Source: Octopus sinensis (lineage: Eukaryota). From it: a stretch of 64,000 nt of DNA. Both the position numbers and the translations under genes were made by a program. The stretch is from positions 18,662,001 to 18,726,000 of the forward strand of contig NC_042999.1 of assembly GCF_006345805.1 (NCBI RefSeq), given 5' to 3'. The notes beneath the pieces were generated by a model that did not search any database, was not told the DNA's origin, and was given only the letters and a program-made list of their open reading frames with translations. Numbering within the stretch: the stretch's first letter is position 1; the number at the start of each line of letters is the position of its first letter. This document shows, one piece after another, positions 53,791 through 64,000 of the stretch.

Positions 53791-55611
53791 TTGTTCTTTA
53801 TAGATGATGAACGAAACAGTTGTGTTTACAGAGGTGAATTATTCACCCCGCCCCGAATTCCTCTCAGCATATGACTATGAAACACTCCTACTACACTTTC
53901 ACGTGAACAATGAAGCACAGCCGTTAATGCATTTGCTCAAATCGTTAAGGTCAAGAAACGGACAAGGAAATCTGTGGTATCGATCAGAATATTTGTGAGG
54001 ATGAGCGGAAAATTTTTTAAAGTTGCAATTGAAAAATATTCCACACGCACATACACACACAAACACACACACAAACACACACACACGCATATACATATTT
54101 ATCAATACGCATCCGTGTATTAATGTAGGTATCCATATAATTAACTATGTTTAATCATATACTCGTAAATACTGGTGTAAACCGGAATGCCGAGGGGCGA
54201 AACTGTCTTTAAGAAAAGTTAACCTAGTCATTCGGCAAATAGCGATCAATAATACTTGACTGAAATAAGTAATGTAAGCTGTATGTTTGATAAAATCTCT
54301 TGAAAGCAATCTCAAAGCAAAGTAGTTGTACAGTTTATGAAAACAGTCAGAAAATATAATTATGTCTATATTTCCATATCAATATGGTTTTGTACAAAGA
54401 AAATATTACGTTTTTGTTTGGAATTGTAAAGCGAAAAATACATAATAGATCCTTTAAGAAAGTTTAACAGATGCAAATGCATTGCATAGCAGGAAATAAG
54501 TTATTAGTAGAGAATGAACAATTTACAACGTTGCCTTCAAATATTTGATGAAAGTCTACATTATCTTCGAACTACAGTTGATATACAGGAAGTTTACGAT
54601 TTCCAAACATGTTTTGGCTTATTATTTCATGATAAATATAACGAATAGAGAATGGCATATTGCCGACATATCATTATTTTGTGTTATTTATAGCCTTTTA
54701 GAAATTCAAATATATTCAGTGTTTGAGCAAATTTTCTTCAAAATCCTAGTTGTTTCTTTGTTGCATGGCACCAACTATTTCCAAGATATCAATATGCGTA
54801 ATAACTTTAAAGGAAAACGCATGGTCGGTCAGCTGAATGCCGAAATCTAAATTTCAGATTTTAAGCGTTAAGAAATTATAGGTTTTCCCCTAGCCCTTCT
54901 TTTTAAACATACGACATCTCTTCCACAAAAACGTGTTCCGAGACTTGAGCTTTAACATTAATTTTGCTAATTGAGAACGTCATTAGTTTTCTTCGCCTCA
55001 TTTCGTTTACTATCACATTATCTCCGATAATTGACATCACGTGTTCTACTGAAGACTCGTTTCACTTGGTCTATATACGCTTGCTTTCAATTTTTTCCAT
55101 TATTACTTCAAATGTAATTTTATTATAACTACTTGCGTGAAGATATATGCACAATTATTGTTCCTTTTCTCCAAGAAGGTCACTGACTGTAAGAGAAATA
55201 GGTAAATGGAGTTTTAATTACCCTCTACATATTATGCTCAGAAAATTTATGATGACTTTTTACTTACTCCAGTTAAGATCTCTCCTCCTACACTTAGGTT
55301 TTTTAATAGCAGAGTGTCACATATTTTCACACATACAAATTACAAGGAAGCGAATAGTAATGATAGATATTATTTCTTAACGTTCCTTTACAAAATATGA
55401 TTAAATCTTCAAGTATTTTTAACCAGTAGATAAATTTATTAGCTATCAAAAATAAATTGAAAGATTAAATGAGATTTTCTAAGATATATAAACAAAAAAT
55501 TAGAAATTAATAAATTACGATGATTAAACAAACAACCGAGACACCGATAATTTAGCTGTTTAAATATTTTGACATAAATAATTCTAAAAAGATATTATTA
55601 GCAAAAGTAAC

Positions 55612-56200
55612 AATAGTTTCAAATTTTGTCACAGAGCTAGCAGCTTACAAGAGTATGGGGTAGTTGGTTACTTCGAATCTAGTATTTGACTGCTAATTGT
55701 TTTTTTGACCCCGAGAAGATTAAACTCAAAATCACTTTCGGGGAAATTTGAGCTCAAAACATAAAACAAAAACACCGTTCAAAATTTGATCCGGCGTGCT
55801 AACAGTTAAGCTCACTCGCCACCTTAATAATAATGACAATAATAATAATAATAATAATAATCCTTTCTAGAAAAGGCAGAAAGCTTTGAATTTGAGGAGA
55901 GGGTATAAGTCGATTACATCGACCCTAGTGTTTCACTGCTACTTTATTTATCGAACTGAAAAGATGAAACACAAGGCCGACCTCTGCGGAATTTGATCTC
56001 AGAACGTGTAATCGGACGAAATGCTGATTATCATTTAGTCTGGGATGCGAAAGTTTCTACTGGCTCACTGCCTTAATAAGAATGATAAGAATTATGATGT
56101 CAAAAACCATAATAATAATAACCATTTCTATTATAGGCACAAGGTTCGAAGTTTTCTGGGAGGGGACTTGTCGATATAATCGACACCAGTACACCACCAC
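55612..56200 (-). mobile_element. cluster of 2-3 degenerate A'-type SINEs separated by (AAT)n
   Basis: Repeated GTCGAT(T/A)(A/T)(C/A)ATCGAC and GAATTTGA(G/T)CTCA motifs at about 55740, 55910-56000 and 56170. Confidence 0.65.
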
Positions 56201-56254
56201 CACCAATAATAATACTAATGATAATGAGCTACAGCAAATAATATTTTTAATACT

Positions 56255-56630
56255 TGACCTTAACCAGTCAATCATGCACCTTAATGGCTGACAATATGAG
56301 TACTTCTGATCGAGAGCAGGTGTTGTCGGGGAGCATCATAAATTTTATAAGCATAATGAGACAAATTATTATAGTTTGAAAATATTCACCCTTAATTGCA
56401 TGGCAGTTTCGTTCCTCATATTCAAACAAACCTTACTCAGGGATCTGTTGAGCAGGATGACTACTCAACTGGAACAAAATTCCAAGTGGGCTCCACCTGC
56501 AAGGTCATGTGCTGCTTATTTTGATATCACTTTGTCGCGCACATATGGCTGGTGGACCTTTGTTAGGTATTGGACTTCGGATGTTTATAACGCAGTGTCA
56601 CCTTCATGGCATGCATTGTTCTCTCACCTT
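56255..56630 (+). mobile_element. family F repeat, degenerate
   Basis: TTGACCTTAACCAGT, GGGGAGCATCATA and CCACCTGCAAGGTCATG are shared with 23777-24350. Confidence 0.75.
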
Positions 56631-56925
56631 TGAAATCGGGGCAATTTTTATGTTGCTCCTTGTACATGACTTGTATTTTCTGGTTGCAGGTGGAATTACT
56701 GGTGGAATTACGTATAAACTGTGGTGCAGATGTACGTAATGCTGAGAAGTAAATAATATATGGCTTCATCACATACAAGGTTTCAAGAAAGGAATCTCCA
56801 GAAAATTATTGCTTACCAATAACAGCAATATCCTGCAATGGACATATGACTTGTATTGGATTATCGCATGATCAACTTTCAATCTACATACCATAGCTGA
56901 AGGTGATAGTTATTTCTAATACTTC

Positions 56926-57115
56926 TTTCAAATTTCAGTGCAAGGCGAACAAGTTCATGGAGGAGAAAAACCGACTACATCGCAGTCAGTGCTTTATCGA
57001 CCCTAAAGTGATAAAAGGCAAAGTTGACCGGTTGGAATTTGAACTCGAAACTGAACGACGGGCGAAATTTCGGTACGCCGAACAATTCTCAGCGTGCTAA
57101 AAATTCTGCCAACAC
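56926..57115 (-). mobile_element. degenerate A'-type SINE
   Basis: TTTATCGACCC..AAAGGCAAAGTTGAC..GGAATTTGAACTC..CGTGCTAA. Confidence 0.65.
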
Positions 57116-57456
57116 AACACATTTAGTTACTTTTAATAGCACCACAGCTAATTTCGTTGCCTTCAATATATATCTCAATCATTTCAGTAATGCAAGACTT
57201 GATGTAAAAGCACCGATGCACCACTGTTTTAGTATATGGAACTTAACAACCATAGGAAAAAAATATTAAGAATCGATTGCACTTCAGACTATATCTTACA
57301 AATTATCACCGTGTGTTTTCCTTTGTGTTTGGATTCTTTAAATAATGTTCCAAAACTGTATCTCTGTACCTCATTCTTGATGAGATATTTATATAAACAG
57401 TGTAGTGAAGGTTATTTGTCGTGAATGCTAGTTTTGACACATATCACGATAGGTAA

Positions 57457-57691
57457 GTGGCGAGCTGGCAGAAACGTTAGCACGCCGGGCGAAATGCTTC
57501 GCGGTATTTTGTCTGCCGTTACGTCGTAAGTTCAAATTCCGCCGAGGTCAACTTTGCCTTTCATCCTCCTGGGGTCGATAAATTAAGTACCAGTCACGCT
57601 CTGGAGTCGTTGTAATCGACTTAATCCGTTTGTCTGTCCTTGTTTGTCCCCTCTATGTTTAGCCCCTTGTGGGTAGTAAAGAAATAGGTAT
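57457..57691 (+). mobile_element. tRNA-SINE family A, full length
   Basis: Complete head, core and tail ending AAAGAAATAGGTAT. Confidence 0.9.
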
Positions 57692-57837
57692 GTACGTCTT
57701 TAATGTGCCCATCGAAGGCAAGGATAACTAATCACACCCAGATTTTTTCCCATTTGAGTATCATAGTTCTGATCCAATATATTTTATAAGTTAATTTGAA
57801 TACATAATTTTCATGTTTTCATGTGTTATTCTTTCAT

Positions 57838-58243
57838 TCTTTTTCTTTTATTTGTTTCGGTCATTTTACTACAGTCATGCTGGAGCCCCACCTTTAGTCG
57901 AGCAAGTCGACCCCAGGACTTATTATTTGTAAGCCTAGTACATATTCTATCGGTCTCTCTTGCCGAACCGCTAAGTTACGGGAACGGAAACACACCAGCA
58001 ACGGTTGTCATGGGAGGACAGACACAGACACGCAAGCATATACAGACACACACACGCATTTATATATATATATACATATATATATACGACGGGCTTCTTT
58101 CATTTTCCGTCTACCAAATCCACTCACAAGGCTTCGGTCGGCCCGAAGCTATAGTAGAAGAGGCTATAGTGGCCCAAGATGCCACGTAGTGGGACTGAAC
58201 CCGAAACCATGTGGTTGACAAGCAAGATACTTACCACACCTGC
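57838..58243 (-). mobile_element. tRNA-SINE family D with a small internal GCTATAGT duplication
   Basis: Reverse complement of family D. Confidence 0.88.
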
Positions 58244-59741
58244 GATTATTGTTAAACATTCATATGATAAATTTCAATTTGCCATTTCATCCAGGCCTAG
58301 CAACACTAATATTAATGTATCAATATTTTCGCATCGAACATAAAAAACGCACCAGCATCACCAACACTTGGACAACATTCTATTTTTTTTTATAAAACTA
58401 CTACTAAGTGTTGCCATTTCCATCGCTTTTCCAGTGTGCAGAAGATGCAATTTCTTGCTGCAACAATTTGCGTGATTAACAAATTCAAGGCTTGATGATT
58501 TCGTTTGGATTATATACCTACTTATCAATCGTCACAGCTAAAGTTCCTCGACTCTTGAATCATACTGCGTGATGGATAAGTGTTATAGTCTCCATCATAA
58601 TACTTTTATGCATCCTGTATACTTTATATACGTAGCGATAAAAAAATTTAACTGTATACAAGTGTAAAAATATTATTTCCCTGTTTTTCACCTTACGAAA
58701 TCCTCGGAATTCTCAATTATAAATTAGACAACCACGAAGTCATTGTCATGGAAAAATAAAGTAGATTATAGACTAGCTATCTAAATATATACTTGACTTA
58801 TACATAATCCTAAAAAGAAGTAACATGCATATTATATATGGGCATAAGTGAAATAATAATACGATTCAATCACATTTGAAACTTAGTACATATCGAACAC
58901 TGAAAAAGAAATTATTATTAATATTATTGTTGCTGTTGTTGTTGTCATTGTTCCTCTTCATATTATTTATTCATATAGTTATTATTCATATTTTGATTTT
59001 AACTTAGCATTCTTGTTAATATTACTTCATTTTTTTTCTCCTTCGTAACAAAAGCCACTTATAAGCAATCGCTTCAAAAATCACTTAAGTGAAATTGAAT
59101 ATATTTTCCTTCCTCTTCTGGATTTTTTCTTTTTCTTTTTTCTTTCATTTTTTTTTTTTTTTTTTGGAAATTATTTATGTTAACATTTCTAAACAACCAA
59201 ATTATTGAGATTGAGTTCTCGAGAAGTATGAACTACTTATATGCAGTCTTTCGTGTTTTCCGCCTTGTTAAATTTTTTTTTTCTCTTGTGCAATTTCTTG
59301 TTTATCTCTTTCAGGATATTTCATTAATGTTCTTCTGAATATTCATTGTTATTCTTCTGATTATGTTCTTGTTACTGTAATGGTATTTTGTTATCCATAT
59401 TTCTCATGTTCTGGGAATTATTTTGATGGAATATGTAGTGATTTTGATTTTCCTTACAACTGTTACTACCGCTATTTCACCAAATGTTCCTGCAGCGGCA
59501 TTATTTATATTTTTACTCAATATTACATCTGCAGTATGACATTGGTTTTTCTTGAGGTGCGATTAATCTTTATTGCAGTACGTTTCAAGAGTGTTACGCA
59601 GTTATTTATAGAATCAGTATTGAAATATACAATAAAGAAATACGGCATAAATATTGAAAGCGTTTCTCACTCACGAAACTGAATTGATACCCACAAACAA
59701 AAAACACACAAGTATATCTATCTATCTATCTATCTATCTAC

Positions 59742-59772
<31 letters not shown>

Positions 59773-59864
59773 CCTATCTATCTATCTATCAATCTATCGA
59801 TACAAACATATAAATACACACACACACGCACACACACATATATATATATATATACACATATGTG

Positions 59865-61175
59865 GAATTCTCTTGTCGTGAACGACATATGAAGAAGCAG
59901 TAAAATAAACCGTTAATCATGTTCTATTGACACAAATGTGTCTCTTGAGTCCTGCCGCTTCTTTACAAACCTTTTGGCAAATGGAACAAGTTAACGACTC
60001 ACTTTGATTTACTTCTTGTGGATCATGCACTATGTATTTTCTGGAGTGGAGTGCAAGCCCTGCTTTTCTTCGTGCCACAAAACCACAATGACAGGTATTG
60101 TTTCCATTTAGAGGGGCAGCGTTTTGCCTTCCTGCCTTAATGTTTGCACGAAGTTGGTCCCGTTGCTGGAGTCGACCTTGCTCAAATCCTTGAACTGGGG
60201 AGAAGCAGGACTTGCACAACGTCCTGCGTTCTCATGCTTTGTTTTCCTATGAAGAAAAGTGAATGTTGCATCGCTTCAGATTGTCTTTAAAGTACAAGAC
60301 TGGCCTTCCCACCGAACTTTCTGTTGGAAATTGGGCAAAGAGAAATTGCTTCGGAATTCTCATATCACACATACATGAAAGATGACCAGACTATTGGAGC
60401 TGTATTTTGATGGGGATAGCTTCCAATACATGATATAATGAATTTTGTTAGTACTTCACTGTTATGGATAGGGTCACCCACTTTTATGTTGGAAACAGTA
60501 GGCAAGCATCGCGTATGAAAAGCGTCAAGCTGGTTGATGTGCTTTCGGTACTGCACCATAAATAAATGTTGTCAAAACCACCGACTTATATACATCGACT
60601 TTCACCTTCAACGATAGGTTGTAGCTATTCTAAAACCTGTGATAGAGCTTACCGAAAGCGGAGCTAGTCTTCCCGCTTCTGGACTCAATTAGTTTATCTG
60701 TCTTAGCATCAATGGACACAATGGAACCAAGATAAGCGAAGGAGAAAACAGATTTAATGCTTTCCCATCAACATATACTGTAGGGGCAAAAGGCGGAAGA
60801 TGGTCACGAACGGACTGATGGACAAGCTCAGTTTTCTTGATGCTGATGGTGAGACTATAAGCCTTCGATGCAAGGGAGAAACTTCTTCGAATCCATTTCA
60901 TGTCCTCAAGAGTGTATGCTACAAATGTACAATTGGCTGTGACGAGCAAATGGCGAATGTTTTGCAACAAAGTATTAGCTTTTGCTTTGAAGAGCTGTTG
61001 GTTGAACAAGCCATCACTGGTTCTTTACTCAAACTTTACTCCCACTTTAACACCGTTGAACGCTGCTTCTAATATGCCAGTGGGATACGAAGCAAATAAG
61101 AGAGGTACCAGAACTCAGCTAGATCTCATAGAATCAATCATCCCTGATAGGGAAGAAATTATTTATAGGATGACC
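59865..61175 (-). mobile_element. RTE-clade LINE 3' fragment (degenerate RT C-half + Zn fingers)
   Basis: Peptides LFNQQ..IRHLL..AYSLTISIKKTE, YRKHINQLDAFHTRCL, CHCGFVARRKAGLALHSRK and CSICQKVCKEAAGLKRH. Confidence 0.8.
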
Positions 61176-61800
61176 TAGATGTTGTCATGGAATAAAACTG
61201 AATAAGCTATATTTATTTCCGGGTTCCCCCCTTGCGGTTCACATACTTCTTCCATCGGTGTTACAATGCTTTGATGCTATTGCTGGAGAATATTTTAACC
61301 TGTTGCACAACAACTCATCAACAACTGGTATGATGTCATTATGAGTTCCCCGCCAAGTGCCTTTTCATGTTGAGGAACATATGTCAGTGGGATAGAGAAT
61401 AGGGACGATGATCAACCAGTTCAAAGCCACAGCCATACACAACAACAACCACTTAAACCAAGCACTTGTGTGTTGAAGCATCGTTTTCATGAAACTGAAA
61501 TTCTTTCGTCTGTTTTTCTTGACAGTCTATCATAACTGTTTCAGAACCTTGTCCTAGTCGTCTCTATTCATGGGGTGACCCTTTTCAAGATAGTCAATAA
61601 AAAAACAATGCCTTCTGTTTCTCAAAAAGGTGAAGCCATCTCGTTCCCTGCAGGTGAAATGACTTTGACTGTCTTTGGTGTTGGTGAGAAGGGTGGTTTC
61701 CACTGTATGAATCTTTGTCTCTGGCTCAATACACCCAGTGGGTTACCTTCATCATTGCTATATTTGTCTTTACGATCAATACTTTTCAAGTTATCGCTGC
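61176..61800 (-). mobile_element. mariner transposase 3' relic
   Basis: EPETK, FIDYLEKG, GFELVDHRPYS and HRWKKYVNRKG correspond to DD34D catalytic-domain motifs (HPPYSPDLAP region). Confidence 0.7.
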
Positions 61801-63369
61801 AATATGATTTTTGAAAAGACGCATCCCATTTTATTAAGAAATACTTTTTGTAAAATTGTCTGCACTAACAAAGTTTTCAAATATTCTTCAAAAGAAATAA
61901 ACATTTGAATTAGAAATTCAAAATCACCAATAAGCCAACAGTAAAGTGTTAATTTATATTTTTCTTGTAATATCTTCACAGGCAGCCAGTACAATTCAGT
62001 AATATACTGTATGATATGCCTTCATTCAAATACGTATACAATTATTCTTGTACGTGTTCGCATGTAGCAGTCTTCATTTGATTGTCGAATTGTCGTCAGT
62101 TTTATTATTGTTAAAAGGCATAAGTGGCTCTATTGAAAGTATTATAAGAGGAAATTCTTAAACCAAGTTGTAGTAGTATTTAGAATCATAAAACTTTTAA
62201 TAATGCTAATTGAATAAAGCCCTTTGCCATTTACTATAATTCTATAAACAATTACATGGATATACTCGACGTCTATGGTAGAGCATTTATTAAATATTCA
62301 TTGTCTCTTATAAATGATTCATGTTGTGTGGACATTAGAAATCATTTATCAGGCATACATTGTCCATCTGAATTAGCAAGTGCCAATGAACATTCATTAC
62401 ATATATCTGCATTGTCTTTTCAGAAAATCTCATGAAATGAAGAGTTACTCTTGAATAGCGTAATTCGCTGCACTTACACTTAACAAGTTATTAGAGATAC
62501 GATTTTTATTAACAATTGATTTAATGCTTTAATGCTTACAAACTCATCACTAGAGTTTGTTCCGGTTTGAGACAATTAAGTAAAATTTCAATAAGTATAT
62601 AGATTGAAATATATTTATGAAGATTTTGGAGTTATCTTCAAAGTAGTTATTAATTGGTTGAATGTTCAAACACAGTAAATTGAAAAGATGAAGGAATATA
62701 ACCATTGTGTGTGTATTTCATCATCCTGAATTGCTACTTGTTTCTTTAGTGCATAGGTGGGACAATAACGATTACATCTATGTTTATATGGCATAATTAT
62801 ATCACAGCAGGATTATGATAAAAAAATGTAAATCACACTTAAGTTTTATCAATAGAATCTAATCTGGTTAAAAACGATAAAGTATCTAAAAACATAAATA
62901 AAGGCGAATACCACATGTAGACCAAATGTATGCATTATTGTTTTAATGAGGAATACAAAATGAAATTCATTAAGTTATTTCACTTTAACCAACATGAAGT
63001 AAAGAAAATATTGTAGCAACTATGAAGAGATAAGGGAGAAAATTTAAAAGCATTAAGATTTATTCGTTCATATAAATGAGCATTTGTTAGGAAAGAATCC
63101 TATATTTCTTGGCAGCTAAAAATTAATATTGGAAGGTTTCAGTCATATTGAACCACGTCTTCGTAATACAATTCACTCAAGAATGCTTTGTCAATCGACA
63201 AACAATATTCATCACTCGGTAACAGAGCTTAGTATTTCCTTTCCCTAGAGATGTAAATCAGGGACGATTTATTAACAAATGCCGCAAATTTTCGATGAAA
63301 ATTGTCCAAAATATAAGAAAGTTATACTTACATATAAGACATTAAATGTAGAAAGCCTCAACAATGGCA

Positions 63370-63778
63370 TACAAAGAGTAAACTCTACAAGGAGTCACCG
63401 AATATTAGAATTTCAAACACGTGTGGGATATAATGATCCGGTGCGATCACCCGACCAGACATTGGAAACTGGACATTGTTGTGGTGAATAAAAAATGGAG
63501 GATGTATGATAATCGACATAGCATGCACCGGTGACAACAGTATCAATGTGAAAGAAGAAACAATAAACAACTATGACGATTTGAAGTGTGAAATACGATG
63601 GTTGGGTTCAATGAATAGAGTAGACGTGATGCCAATGGTAGTTGGTGCACGTGGAAGTATCAGTACTCACTTACCAGCTTATCTGAAAAAGATTGGTGCA
63701 AGTGTGAAGGTAGAGCATCTAAAAAAATCAGTATTGCTTGGAACTGCAATAATTATTCGCAGGGTTCTTAAAGCATGA
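63370..63778 (+). mobile_element. R4/Dong-type LINE C-terminal restriction-like endonuclease domain (frameshifted)
   Basis: FKHVWDIMIRCDH..LDIVVVNKK, then IIDIACTGD..KEE..YDDLK..VMPMVVGARG..KSVLLGTAIIIRRVL*. Confidence 0.85.
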
Positions 63779-63794
63779 CCAGTAAGCAAGTGTC

Positions 63795-64000
63795 GCCTTA
63801 GTCTGATGGCTTGAGATTGTGCAGTTGTACAGCAATGATACAGATATCGAATTCGGTGTGTCGATGTGCGTGGTACTCACTTTGAAACGAGGGGAAAAGA
63901 GCAGATTGTAGAGGCATAGAATTGGCAAACGGTGTGAGAATGGATGACCCGAATGATGTTGGGTACCTTGGAGCCTTGGAGCTGGGCAATATTCTCCACA
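63795..64000 (+). mobile_element. RT domain-7/thumb fragment of an R4/Dong-type LINE, continuing past the window edge
   Basis: LEIVQLYSNDTDIEFGVSMCVVLTLKRG / CRGIELANG..YLGALELGNILH (one frameshift). Confidence 0.75.

Noticed and set aside
53804-53998. ORF MMNETVVF...RSEYL and a possible split into two exons
   Set aside because: The implied intron is only 34 nt and no homology is recognised

Overview
AT-rich eukaryotic (animal) DNA dominated by (TA)n/(CA)n/(AAT)n/(TATC)n microsatellites and transposon relics. The tRNA-SINE families look like those of octopus (my recognition, not database-verified). No host gene is confidently identifiable, only a few weak exon candidates; most entries in the ORF track are microsatellite translations. 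Contents: about 25 tRNA-derived SINE copies or fragments from at least 5 modular families; a 3.6-kb frameshifted APE+RT LINE (CR1/L2/Proto2-like); a 3.2-kb Penelope-like (PLE) RT cassette between long inverted arms; RTE and R4/Dong-type LINE fragments; five Tc1/mariner relics; and a MITE. The main signal is a set of minimal type-I hammerhead ribozyme (HHR) motifs at 13207(-), 22707(+), 26284(-), 39471(+) and 39708(+), with a possible remnant at 22011. They sit in short non-coding units next to (TA)n-type tracts, one fused to a tRNA/Pol III SINE head. Several inverted-duplication junctions fall within a few nt of the predicted cleavage sites. This points to a ribozyme-processed, probably Penelope-mobilised family of mini-retroelements (retrozyme/HHR-SINE-like). 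Ribozyme activity and mobility are inferred, not shown.
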